The translations under genes were made by a program, and so were the position numbers. DNA of 64,000 bases from Candidatus Harrisonbacteria bacterium. GTDB taxonomy: Bacteria; Patescibacteriota; Minisyncoccia; UBA6257; 1-14-0-10-40-38. The stretch is taken from NCBI GenBank assembly GCA_023245035.1, contig JAHFLD010000002.1, positions 1,501-65,500 on the forward strand, in the 5' to 3' direction. The notes beneath the pieces are model-generated. The model made no database searches. It worked only from the letters and a program-made list of their open reading frames with translations, and was not told where the DNA came from. This document shows, piece by piece, positions 9,344 to 18,593 of the stretch (position 1 is its first letter; each line of letters starts with the position of its first letter).

Positions 9344-10075
9344 ATGCGACGATTTTCAATCATCTTATTCTTGGTGTTGCTATTGTCCGCTCGTGACGTT
9401 CCGTTTGTTTTGGCGGAGGATCGAGAGATTCCGCAGCCGTCGGTGACGGTAGTGCCGGATTACTACTATCCCTTTGAGGAATTTTTGCATTTAGAGGGAC
9501 GAGCGGAGCCACGAGCGATTGTGAGCGTGGAGCTCGAGAGACAGGCCGAAAAGCCGGTTAAGTTTACGGTTTCCGCCGATTCAGCCGGGGAATGGGTAGT
9601 GTGGCCGACCAGCCGAGTTTACCTCTCCGCCGGTTCCTGGGTGGTTCGGGCGCGCCAGCAAGTAGGGACTTCAACCGGTTTTTCTGATTGGTCTAATCCG
9701 CAAGTTATTCAATCGGTGATCACCGGATTTACGATTTTTGGAATCAACGTGCGCTATGCCTTGATCGGGGTTATCTTATTCGTCTTTGTTCTTATTTTGG
9801 CTTTTGTTTTCTTTTACTTCGCGAGAAAGATTCGCCGTTTAAAGCGCCAGGTTTTTGAGAAGCGCTTGCGGGAGACGACGGATCAAGTGCGGCGAGGTTT
9901 TTCGGAAATTCATAAAGATTTGATGCAGGAGCTTTTAATGCTGACCACGAAGGCGCAGACTCAGCCATTGTCCCCGGAAGAAATTCAACGCAAAGATCAT
10001 GTGTTGCGCGAGCTGGAAGAGTTGGAAAAAAATGTCAGTGACGGCATGGCGAACATGAATCGCGATATTGATTGA
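9344..10075 (+). CDS. Ig-like domain membrane protein with cytoplasmic coiled coil
   Basis: ATG 9344 with signal peptide; LEGRAEP...ADSAGEW beta domain; TM; helical C-terminus. Confidence 0.75.
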   Translation: MRRFSIILFLVLLLSARDVPFVLAEDREIPQPSVTVVPDYYYPFEEFLHLEGRAEPRAIVSVELERQAEKPVKFTVSADSAGEWVVWPTSRVYLSAGSWVVRARQQVGTSTGFSDWSNPQVIQSVITGFTIFGINVRYALIGVILFVFVLILAFVFFYFARKIRRLKRQVFEKRLRETTDQVRRGFSEIHKDLMQELLMLTTKAQTQPLSPEEIQRKDHVLRELEELEKNVSDGMANMNRDID

Positions 10076-10198
10076 TTTCGGTTAATCGGGTATGGTTTTT
10101 TTAGTAGTGTTTTTTTTGGTGGAGTAGCGGAATGGTTTGAGACGACAGTTTTGCTTTTCTGTAGTGGTCTCCTACAGGAGAAACTTACCGATCAGCGC

Positions 10199-10285
10199 GG
10201 AGGGGTGGCAGAGCGGTCTAACGCGCCGCACTTGAAATGCGGTATACCCGAAACGGTATCGTGAGTTCGAATCTCACCCCCTCCG
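10199..10285 (+). tRNA. tRNA-Ser(TGA)
   Basis: Acceptor GGAGGGG/CCCCTCC, anticodon arm CCGCA-CTTGAAA-TGCGG, long variable arm, GTTCGAATC T-loop, discriminator G; no encoded CCA. Confidence 0.95.
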
Positions 10286-10323
10286 CGCTGGGCAGTAAAC
10301 TAATACATTTTGGGTTGATCTCG

Positions 10324-10827
10324 TTATGTCGTTGAGTTTTTTTCCGACTTTATATCCACGGCATCTTGCAAAATACCTTCCAATACATTGGCGGTGGCGG
10401 CAGTAACGAAAGAGATAAAAATTATCAAAAGACCAATAAAAACACCGCCTGCGATGTCATCGCCAGGCCGAACTATAAATAGATAAGCTTCTGTCGTCGC
10501 ATCAAAACCGATAATAGTCATCGCGCAGTATTTTATGGTGCGCAGGGCTTTTACGGAGTTTTGGGAAAATACTTTATTTTTTGCTACGTATCCCAAAAGC
10601 TTGAGCGCCTGATAAATCGCTATGAAAAAGGCGATAGAGGCAGCGTAGGCGTAGGCCAAAAATGGATCGTTGAAGTAAATTTCAAAAAGCGTGGCTTGGG
10701 CGTTTCTGCCTTCGATGTGCGGTTCCCAAAGCATAAAAGCCAGAGCGCCGATGCCGATGAGAACTATGACTATTCGAAGAAATATAATAGAACTTCGTTT
10801 TGTAAATCCCGATTTTAGGATGATCAT
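10324..10827 (-). CDS. DUF2975-like (YoaS-type) membrane protein
   Basis: Four TM segments; WEPHIEGRNA, VFSQNSVKALRTIKYCA and LQDAVDIKSE motifs. Confidence 0.75.
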   Translation of the reverse strand: MIILKSGFTKRSSIIFLRIVIVLIGIGALAFMLWEPHIEGRNAQATLFEIYFNDPFLAYAYAASIAFFIAIYQALKLLGYVAKNKVFSQNSVKALRTIKYCAMTIIGFDATTEAYLFIVRPGDDIAGGVFIGLLIIFISFVTAATANVLEGILQDAVDIKSEKNSTT

Positions 10828-10940
10828 AATTTAATCTTAATTTAGTGCTTGTCGTTTATCAATTTAGAGGTGGTTTGCTTAAGAGCTGGTTTGATGTTAC
10901 GATTCGGGCGTCTACGGTTTTTGATTTTTGGGGGAGTCGA

Positions 10941-11219
10941 ATGACCAAGGAACAAATCGGTGCCTTGTTGCGTCTTTATCTCGAAAAGTTGCAGGGGATG
11001 CATATCCCGCGGAGAAGTCTTTCGCTCACCGCGGTGCTGGGTCCAGATTCAGCAGGGGCGGCGCTGGCTCATTGCCACCAGATGCTTACCGAAATGCAAG
11101 TTTTTCTGGCCGAAGATCGGATGGATAAGCTTTTTCGCTGGTTGGGTTTTGTGCAGGGATGTTTTTGGTCAGCCGGACTTTTTACGATTGATGAGATGAG
11201 AGAACACAACCGCTCTTAG
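10941..11219 (+). CDS. Small hypothetical protein
   Basis: GGGAG SD before ATG 10941; conserved-looking KLFRWLGFVQG..W..G.FTIDEMREHNR; followed by a terminator. Confidence 0.7.
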   Translation: MTKEQIGALLRLYLEKLQGMHIPRRSLSLTAVLGPDSAGAALAHCHQMLTEMQVFLAEDRMDKLFRWLGFVQGCFWSAGLFTIDEMREHNRS

Positions 11220-11233
11220 GAGCGGTTCTTTTT
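11208..11233 (+). terminator. Rho-independent terminator
   Basis: aaccgctc-ttag-gagcggtt followed by a T-tract. Confidence 0.7.
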
Positions 11234-11239
11234 AATGAC

Positions 11240-11289
11240 TACGAATTTACGAATTTTTACGAATATACGAATAGGATTGCATCAACGAA
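11240..11289 (+). repeat. TACGAAT micro-array, copy 1
   Basis: 33 bp (tacgaatttacgaatttttacgaatatacgaat) identical to 13254-13286, followed by ggatt(g/a)catcaacgaa. Confidence 0.9.
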
Positions 11290-11481
11290 CCCGCCTCCGC
11301 TTGACCTGCCTTCCGGCAGGCAGGGCTACGGGCGGGCAAGTTTACGACTAAAACAATATACTCATTGTTCGTCCGGCCAAATGAGTACATTTTTGGCCAA
11401 AAAACTTGCTTTTCGTGAGGTTTTCCTCATATACTGCGCTTGGTTCGTTGACATATCAGCGGTTTTTAATTTGGAGATACC

Positions 11482-13212
11482 ATGTTCTTGGATAAGGCGT
11501 TTCTGGATCGGGCAATACCGATTGCTCGACAGTTCGTAAGAGCCCCAGTTCCGTATCAGTTTTCGGTTCGCGAGACTGAAGCCCTGAAATTGTTTTTTAC
11601 CAGTGCGACTTCGAGAGTTTTTTTCTTCCGGAATATGCCGCCGAATTTTTCGGCGGCGCTGCTCGCGATGTATTCGCGGCTCAAGAATCAGCGAGGGATT
11701 CGCGGTCATTTTGTTGATACGCTCTTGCCGCTTTTGCTAACGGGGCTTTTGGAGAATTTCTCCGAAGTTTCGCCAAGCGGAGCGATTCATGCCTATCAGG
11801 CTTATCTGACCGGATTGGGCATTAGGTCGCTTGATCAGTTCTGCGAAGCCAAGATAGAGCATCTGGCGGTATTTAAGGATTTCGTGGCGAATGCCACGGG
11901 CGATCCACGACTTGAAAAACAGTTGGCGGATTCACCGAAGATGAAGGCGTTGCTTGATGTGTTTTTGGACAAGTACGGGCACAATTCCATCGCGCGCGGA
12001 GCGGCTCTCACGTTCGCAGTGGAAGACATTTCCATTCTCGCGGCCAAGTCCATTGAGTGGAATCGTCCGGGTTCGGGGTTTATTGAGTTGAGCACGCGGT
12101 TTGTGGATATTTCGCGCGCCAGACAGTATCCAATCTGGGACGAGATTGCCTTAGTTTGCGAAGAGGCGGCGTGCGCGGCCAGAGAGGCGATTGTTCAGGC
12201 GAGCGCGGCTTATCGAACCTTGATTGGTGTGGCGTTTGACGGAATCTTGCCGAAGTTTTTTGAGCAACACTTCGCCCCGCTTTTGCCGGTCAAGGACTTG
12301 AAGTCCGCGGTTCAGGGCGAGGCGTGCGACGTGGCGGGCAATGTTTTGCCGTGCGCGACTTTGACTTCGGTTGGGGTGGCGATTTCCGGCGAGGCTTTTG
12401 ACTCTCTGCTTAAGCATCTGTTGCTTGACGCGACTCCGGAGAACTTTGCTCTGGTTGAATTGATTTTGGCCGAAGCCGCGAAGGTTGGCGGGGATCAGTT
12501 TGCCCGACACTACGAGCCGTCGCCGTGGGAAGTTGAGGGGTGGAGATACTTATCCTCGCAGAATATCATCCAAGGTTTCGGCACGACTTCGCTCTTGATT
12601 GCCGAGGATGTTTTGTGGAATTATTTTCGTTCCGATGGCACGTCCAACGGTTCCGCGGTGTTTGAAGATGTGCTGAGAAAGTTGCCGTTTGAAGAGAGGG
12701 GAGAACACGATCGCTTGCCCTATCATTTTGAAACGGTTTTTGGCACTAGCTTTGGAAAGATGTCTTTTCGTGGTTGGCGAGATTTGCAGAGGCATGTGCT
12801 CGCGACTCACGCGCGGACATTGGTTGATCCGAGTCTCGGTTTTTACCATTACGACAAGCCGGCACCCACCGAATTGGCCGACGTGTTTGACGAGATTCAC
12901 CTGATGAATCGAGCCACGTGGACGGCACTCTGCGGTCGCGGAGTCGCTCCGCTTATCGCGCAGTATGCCATGGCGATGGGTAATCTGGTTGGATTCCTGT
13001 GCGGTGCCAATTTGCGCGAATGGGAGTTCATCCTGTGGCAGAGAAGCGACTTTCAAGTGAATCACGAGGTGCGACAGGTGGCGCTGGGGATTGATCGCGC
13101 CCTGCAGATTCAGTTTCCGTGGTGGCGAAAAATTTCCCGTACCGATCTGACTCCGGCTTATGTGGCCGCTCGTAGTGAAGTTGGCGTGCCGTTGCCGACA
13201 AGTGTTGGTTGA
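11482..13212 (+). CDS. thyX: FAD-dependent thymidylate synthase-like protein, long tandem-domain form
   Basis: ALLAMYSR, YGHNSIA, ISILAAK, ELSTRFVD, RDLQRH, NLREW..I...R and H.EVRQVA motifs; 576 aa, about two ThyX domains. Confidence 0.75.
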   Translation: MFLDKAFLDRAIPIARQFVRAPVPYQFSVRETEALKLFFTSATSRVFFFRNMPPNFSAALLAMYSRLKNQRGIRGHFVDTLLPLLLTGLLENFSEVSPSGAIHAYQAYLTGLGIRSLDQFCEAKIEHLAVFKDFVANATGDPRLEKQLADSPKMKALLDVFLDKYGHNSIARGAALTFAVEDISILAAKSIEWNRPGSGFIELSTRFVDISRARQYPIWDEIALVCEEAACAAREAIVQASAAYRTLIGVAFDGILPKFFEQHFAPLLPVKDLKSAVQGEACDVAGNVLPCATLTSVGVAISGEAFDSLLKHLLLDATPENFALVELILAEAAKVGGDQFARHYEPSPWEVEGWRYLSSQNIIQGFGTTSLLIAEDVLWNYFRSDGTSNGSAVFEDVLRKLPFEERGEHDRLPYHFETVFGTSFGKMSFRGWRDLQRHVLATHARTLVDPSLGFYHYDKPAPTELADVFDEIHLMNRATWTALCGRGVAPLIAQYAMAMGNLVGFLCGANLREWEFILWQRSDFQVNHEVRQVALGIDRALQIQFPWWRKISRTDLTPAYVAARSEVGVPLPTSVG

Positions 13213-13217
13213 TAGCA

Positions 13218-13246
13218 GAGCCCTGATTTACACTCGGGGCTTTTTT
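13218..13246 (+). terminator. Rho-independent terminator
   Basis: agagccctga...tcggggct followed by a T-tract. Confidence 0.65.
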
Positions 13247-13253
13247 ATATGAT

Positions 13254-13340
13254 TACGAATTTACGAATTTTTACGAATATACGAATGGGTACAGGGTGGA
13301 TTACATCAACGAATAACGAATCCTTTGCGAATGTACGAAT
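13254..13340 (+). repeat. TACGAAT micro-array, copy 2
   Basis: 33-bp identity with 11240-11272 plus further (T/A)ACGAAT units. Confidence 0.9.
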
Positions 13341-13459
13341 GGGGAAAAAGATAAGGGTTACGAGGTACTGCTTGCTCCTAGCCCACGCCTTGAACTACGC
13401 CTAAATACGGAGGTTTTCTAGCAGACCCACATGTTTATTAAAAGACGCATTTTGGTTTT

Positions 13460-14173
13460 TTAAGCTCTGGCGGCGACGAGAGCGATAATGTTTTTTCCGC
13501 CGGCGCGTTTGATGGTGAGCGCGGCTTCGCGCAGAGTGGCGCCGGAGGTCGTGACGTCATCTACAAGAATTATATTTTTTCCGCGAACTTGTTCCGGTTT
13601 TTTTATGAGAAAGCTGTGCTGAATGTTTAGGACGCGTTCGGCGCGACTTACGCATTCGGCTTGGGGCTTGATGTAGCGAACTCGCCGGAGGGTGGAAGAG
13701 TTTATCGGCAAGCCGGTTTTCTGCGCAAAGCGGCGGGCCAAAAGTTCCGCCTGGTTGAAGCCCCGGATCTTGAGGCGGCGGCGATGCAGGGGGAGTGGGA
13801 TGACTAGCGGGTTTTTTGTTTGATTAGCGACTTCCTTCCAGTAGCGGGACATCAGGTGCGCCAAAGGGCGGGCCGCGACTGTCTGGCCCCGATATTTTAA
13901 TTGCCAGATTAGTCTTTGAACAGTCTCGTTTTCATATTTAGCGGCGGCGGCGAGCAGGTAGGGGCTTTCGGGGTGGCAGATTTTTTTACCGTCGGGGAGG
14001 CGGGCGCCGCAGATGGCGCATTCAAGCGCGTCGCCAAGTTTAATGTTTTCTTCGCAGGCCGCGCAAAGATTGTAGGTTTTGCGAAGATCCGCGACGACGG
14101 TTTCGCAGACTACGCAAAGTGGCGGGAAGATCAGATCAACGGCTGTTGCGGCGAGGCGCCGGAAGACGCTCAT
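13460..14173 (-). CDS. comF: ComF family competence protein (Zn ribbons plus PRTase domain)
   Basis: DLIFPPLCVVC, CAAC, CAIC, RGFNQAELLA, ILVDDVTTSGATL. Confidence 0.92.
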   Translation of the reverse strand: MSVFRRLAATAVDLIFPPLCVVCETVVADLRKTYNLCAACEENIKLGDALECAICGARLPDGKKICHPESPYLLAAAAKYENETVQRLIWQLKYRGQTVAARPLAHLMSRYWKEVANQTKNPLVIPLPLHRRRLKIRGFNQAELLARRFAQKTGLPINSSTLRRVRYIKPQAECVSRAERVLNIQHSFLIKKPEQVRGKNIILVDDVTTSGATLREAALTIKRAGGKNIIALVAARA

Positions 14174-14202
14174 GGTATACTTTGAATATATCATTTTGAG
14201 CT

Positions 14203-15276
14203 ATGTCATTTTTGGAATCGCTAATTCACCACAAGCAGTTTTTTAGTTTGGATATCGGCACCACTTCCATGAAGGCGGTTGAGATGACCCGCCAGGGAGA
14301 GACGTTTGCTTTGAAAAATTACGCGATTCTGGAAACTTTCGGTTATTTGGAGCGTTCCAACAACGCTTTGCAAACCAGCAATCTGAAACTTTTGGAAAAT
14401 GAAGTGGCTTTGTATTTGTCGCTGCTTTTAAAGCGCTTGAATCCGACTTCCGGCGCGGCGGTGCTGTCGGTGCCGACTTTTTCCACTTTTTCCACTTTGG
14501 TAGAATTGCCGGCGGTGCAGGAGCATGAGATCGCTAAGATTATGCAGTACCAAGCGCAGCAATATATTCCGTTGCCGATTGCTTCAGTGACGGTGGACTG
14601 GATTAAGGTCGGGGAGCGAGTTGATGATTCGGGGGCGCGCAAGTTGCAGATTTTGCTAATGTCGATTGTTAACGATCACATTGAGAAGTATCGCAAGATT
14701 TTGCAGTCAGTTGGGATTAGGATGTTGGGAGTGGAGGTTGAGGGTTTGAGCTTGGCAAGAGCGCTGACATCCGGATCTAAAGAGCCGACCTTGATTTTGG
14801 ACATTGGCGGGCGTTCTACCGGTATTTTTGTGGCCCAGGAGGGTTTTTTGAAGTTTGCCGGACAGACTGATTTTTCCGGCGGATCGCTCACGCAGACCAT
14901 TTCCACCGGGCTCACGATCTCACCGCGCCGTTCCGAGGATCTGAAGCGAGAGCGCGGTTTGCTGGGTTCCGGCGGGGAGCAGGAGTTATCCACACTAATT
15001 GAGCCGATTTTGGATGTTATAATTGCCGAAGGAGTGCGGGTTCGGACGAATTACGAAAAGGCCTATCAGCAAACCGTAACCAGGGCGATTCTTTCCGGCG
15101 GCGCTTCCAATCTTTTGGGTATTGAGGAATATTTTACCCGAGAGCTTGGGTTGCCGACGACCAAGGCCGATCCTTTTAAATTCGTGACTTATAACCAGGC
15201 ACTGGCTCCGGTGGTCAAAGATCTGGGTCCGCATCTTTCGGTAGCCGTGGGTCTTGGCATGAAGGATCTCCGTTAG
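14203..15276 (+). CDS. pilM: Type IV pilus assembly protein PilM
   Basis: Actin-like motifs LDIGTTSMKAVE, LDIGGRST, ILSGGASNLLG, AVGLGM. Confidence 0.92.
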   Translation: MSFLESLIHHKQFFSLDIGTTSMKAVEMTRQGETFALKNYAILETFGYLERSNNALQTSNLKLLENEVALYLSLLLKRLNPTSGAAVLSVPTFSTFSTLVELPAVQEHEIAKIMQYQAQQYIPLPIASVTVDWIKVGERVDDSGARKLQILLMSIVNDHIEKYRKILQSVGIRMLGVEVEGLSLARALTSGSKEPTLILDIGGRSTGIFVAQEGFLKFAGQTDFSGGSLTQTISTGLTISPRRSEDLKRERGLLGSGGEQELSTLIEPILDVIIAEGVRVRTNYEKAYQQTVTRAILSGGASNLLGIEEYFTRELGLPTTKADPFKFVTYNQALAPVVKDLGPHLSVAVGLGMKDLR

Positions 15277-15284
15277 CTTTTCAC

Positions 15285-15836
15285 ATGCCCCTTCCACAAA
15301 ATAATTTTAATATTAATTCCGGCGTCGCGCCGGCCGCGAGTGGCGGAACCTGGCGGCTTTTTTTGTTTTTTTTCTCCATCCTGATGCTTTTGGTGCTGGG
15401 TTATGTCGGCTTACTGTTCGGTTACAAGCCATATTTGAAGCGCGAGATCGTGGCGCGGGAGCAATCGCTGGCCGATTTGGCGGCCCAGGTTTCGCAAGCC
15501 GAACAGGAAGATTTTTTGAGTTTTTATTTTCAGCTGGTTGATATCAAAAATTTGCTTGCTTCGCATGTGATGTCTTCGCGGGCGCTTGGTCTGTTGCAGG
15601 CCAGGGTCGTACCGAGGGTTTATTTTTCCAATCTCACTTTTAGCTCGCTTGAAAGCAAGTTGACGATTGAGGCCTTTGCCGATTCTTACGATTCTTTCAC
15701 CGAACAGTTGCAGGCTTTTGCCACCACTAAGGAGATTGCTTCATACGCGGTCAGCAACGCGGTGCAAGACAAGGGGTTGGTTAAGTTTCAAGCGGTGCTA
15801 ACACTTAAGCCGGAGGCCTATAAAAATAAGAATTGA
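15285..15836 (+). CDS. pilN: PilN-like protein
   Basis: Single TM, coiled coil and ferredoxin-like C-terminus; lies between pilM and pilO. Confidence 0.7.
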   Translation: MPLPQNNFNINSGVAPAASGGTWRLFLFFFSILMLLVLGYVGLLFGYKPYLKREIVAREQSLADLAAQVSQAEQEDFLSFYFQLVDIKNLLASHVMSSRALGLLQARVVPRVYFSNLTFSSLESKLTIEAFADSYDSFTEQLQAFATTKEIASYAVSNAVQDKGLVKFQAVLTLKPEAYKNKN

Positions 15837-15839
15837 TAT

Positions 15840-16424
15840 ATGCGCGCTTCAACCCAACGGATCTACGTTTTTCTTTTAAGCCTGTTTTGCTTCGTGGCCT
15901 CGTTTGTGGTCTACGCTCTTTTGCTCAAGCCGGCTTATGCCGATTTGAATATGTTGCGCGGTATTTTGAGTTCCAAAACCGAGGCGCTGGACGTACATGG
16001 ACAGATCGCCCTAAAAGTTAAGGATCTCATCGCCAACTACAAGGGAGTCCAAAATCTGCAGGAAAATATTTCGCTCGCTCTGCCCAAAGAGCAGTCCCTC
16101 GCGACGCTTTATAATCAGTTTTATGCCTTGGCCAGCGATACCAATCTAAATTTGAAGTCACTTTCCGCTGGCGCGGGAACTTTGCGGGCGACCTCCGAGG
16201 ATCGCAGTACTTCACAGACTCCGGCCAAGGTCGGAACCGTGCAGGTGACTCTGACTCTTGCCGGAACTTACGAAGCTTTTAGAAATTTTTTGGAGAAACT
16301 GGAGACTAATATTCGCATTTTGGATGTGGCCAGTTTTACCGTGGCGGCGCCACAGGGGCAATCAAGGAGCGCTAATTCATTCGATTTTACAGCGATCGTC
16401 GTTGCTTATTACCAATCGAGATAA
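15840..16424 (+). CDS. pilO: PilO-like protein
   Basis: TM; ISLALP; GTYEAFRNFLEKLETNIRILDV. Confidence 0.85.
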   Translation: MRASTQRIYVFLLSLFCFVASFVVYALLLKPAYADLNMLRGILSSKTEALDVHGQIALKVKDLIANYKGVQNLQENISLALPKEQSLATLYNQFYALASDTNLNLKSLSAGAGTLRATSEDRSTSQTPAKVGTVQVTLTLAGTYEAFRNFLEKLETNIRILDVASFTVAAPQGQSRSANSFDFTAIVVAYYQSR

Positions 16425-16429
16425 ATATT

Positions 16430-16723
16430 ATGGCCATTGTCTTTGAAAAAGAAAAAAAGAGATTTAACTGGTTCGCGATTCTGCTGACGCTGGTGGTTTT
16501 GGTTTTTGTCGGCGCCGCGGCTTATTATCTTTTTTTCGCCCCGTCCCCGAAAATTGAGGCGATTATTCCCAAGGAGTTGCAGCGCGCGGGCGAGGTGTCG
16601 CAGATTGATTTTACCGACCCGTCGTTTGTGATTAACAGCCAGGCTTATCGCAATCTTCGGCTTTATGTCGGTACGCCGGTTTTGGGGAGTCTAGGACGGA
16701 ATAATCCATTTTTGCCGTTATGA
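16430..16723 (+). CDS. Small single-TM pilus-associated protein in the PilP position
   Basis: TM plus C-terminal GRNNPF motif directly after pilO. Confidence 0.7.
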   Translation: MAIVFEKEKKRFNWFAILLTLVVLVFVGAAAYYLFFAPSPKIEAIIPKELQRAGEVSQIDFTDPSFVINSQAYRNLRLYVGTPVLGSLGRNNPFLPL

Positions 16724-16786
16724 TCAGTCCCTGGTATTTGCCACATTTTTGCCTACGCCGGACAGGTCTTTATTCATAACTTATTC

Positions 16787-18520
16787 ATGGACGACAAGGC
16801 ACTTTTTGACGCGTTGGTTTCGCAAGGGTCGCTCAAGCGGGAGGCGGCCGATTTATTATTGCGGGAGGCGCAGTCTATCAAACGGCGGCCGGAGGATTTG
16901 CTTTATAGCCGCCGGCTGGTAGATGACGGTGAAGTGGCTCGACTGAAGAGCGCTTTGCTAAAAATCCCGTATAAAAAAGTTGATCTTGACGCGGTTACGC
17001 CCGAGGTTTTGAAATCAATTCCGGGAGAAACCGCGCGAACTTATCGGATTGTTCCGATTGCCCGAAGCCAGGATTTGCTGGTGGCGGGGATGTTGAATCC
17101 CGACGACAACGCGGCGCGAGAGGCGTTGCGTTTTTTGGCCAAACAACAGCGAATCAATTTGGGCGTTTATGTTGTCTCCGCGTCGGATGTTGAATCGGTC
17201 CTCAAAAAATACTTCTTGTTTGGCGAAGATATCGCGGCGGCCCTTCAGTCAATGAACCTGAAGCCGGGAGAGGGTCTGACGGATATTCAAAGAATCGTAA
17301 AATTAGAGGAGGGAATGACCGAAAACGACAAGGCGCCGGTTATCCGCATCGTAAGCTCATTGCTCAAAGAGGCGGTAAATATCGGAGCGTCTGATATTCA
17401 TATTGAACCGGGGCGATCCAAACTGCGAGTGCGTTTTAGGATTGATGGCAGTTTGCGTGAAGTCTCGGCCTTGCCGGTGGAATTGCAGCAGCCAGTTATT
17501 TCCAGGGTAAAAGTTTTATCCAGCTTGAAATTGGACGAGAATCGAATGCCCCAGGACGGACGTTTTCGCAGTATTATTTTTGACCGCGAGATTGATTTTC
17601 GCGTGGCGACTTTTCCGACGCCGAATGGCGAGAAGGTGGCCTTGCGCGTGCTCGATCCCACGACCGGACTTAAGAGTCTGGATGATTTGGGCGTGGCCGG
17701 CAGGAATTTGGAAATTTTAAAGGCGGGGCTAGCCAAGCCTTATGGCGCGGTTTTGCTGACCGGTCCGACCGGTTCGGGAAAGACCACAACGCTTTATGCT
17801 TTGATGCAGATTCTAAACAAGCAGGAGGTTAACATTGTGAGCTTGGAGGATCCGGTGGAGTACACGCTCGACGGAGTTAACCAATCACAGGTTAAGCCGG
17901 AGATTGGTTATGATTTTGCTTCGGGTTTGAGGGAGATCTTGCGCCAAGATCCGGATATTATCATGGTTGGTGAAATCCGAGACAAGGAGACCGCCGAGCT
18001 TTCGGTGCACGCCGCTTTAACCGGACACATTGTGCTGGCCACCTTGCACACTAACAGCGCGGCCGGAGTCATTCCGCGTTTGGTGGACATGGGCGTGGAG
18101 CCGTTCTTGTTGCCGTCGGCGCTCAACCTGATGGCCGCTCAGCGTTTGGTTGGTCGATTGTGTTCCAAATGCCGCAAGGCCGAAGACCCATCGCCGCAGC
18201 TTTTGGAAATAATCAAAACAGAGCTCAAGCTAATACCGCCAGAGGCGGTGTCTAGCTTGGCAACGCCATATAAGATTTATCACGCGCCGGGTTGCAGCGC
18301 GTGCGGTGGCAAGGGAATCGTGGGACGCGTCGCGATCTTTGAAGTTTTCCAGATGACGCCCCAACTGGCCGATGTTCTGAATTCTGGAATCAATGAAAAT
18401 AAGATTTTGGAAGAGATGCGCCGCCAGAAGACGGTTTTTCTGCGATCCGATGGAATTCTTAAGGCTTTGCAGGGTTTGGTGCCGATTGAAGATGTGCTCA
18501 AGGAAACCAAGGAGTCTTAA
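16787..18520 (+). CDS. pilB: Type IV pilus assembly ATPase PilB (GspE/PulE family)
   Basis: ASDIHIEP, PQDGR, GPTGSGKTT, EDPVEY, LRQDPDIIMVGEIRD, CxxC pairs. Confidence 0.95.
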   Translation: MDDKALFDALVSQGSLKREAADLLLREAQSIKRRPEDLLYSRRLVDDGEVARLKSALLKIPYKKVDLDAVTPEVLKSIPGETARTYRIVPIARSQDLLVAGMLNPDDNAAREALRFLAKQQRINLGVYVVSASDVESVLKKYFLFGEDIAAALQSMNLKPGEGLTDIQRIVKLEEGMTENDKAPVIRIVSSLLKEAVNIGASDIHIEPGRSKLRVRFRIDGSLREVSALPVELQQPVISRVKVLSSLKLDENRMPQDGRFRSIIFDREIDFRVATFPTPNGEKVALRVLDPTTGLKSLDDLGVAGRNLEILKAGLAKPYGAVLLTGPTGSGKTTTLYALMQILNKQEVNIVSLEDPVEYTLDGVNQSQVKPEIGYDFASGLREILRQDPDIIMVGEIRDKETAELSVHAALTGHIVLATLHTNSAAGVIPRLVDMGVEPFLLPSALNLMAAQRLVGRLCSKCRKAEDPSPQLLEIIKTELKLIPPEAVSSLATPYKIYHAPGCSACGGKGIVGRVAIFEVFQMTPQLADVLNSGINENKILEEMRRQKTVFLRSDGILKALQGLVPIEDVLKETKES

Positions 18521-18593
18521 GGCGCGCCCATGTGGTTGACGAGTGGCGCGGGTGTGAAGAACGTCTTTGGCCAGTCTGATATATACTTTAACT

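Noticed and set aside
11240-13340. TACGAAT arrays as a CRISPR array
   Set aside because: The units are 7-10 bp with no unique spacers, and there are no cas genes in the window.
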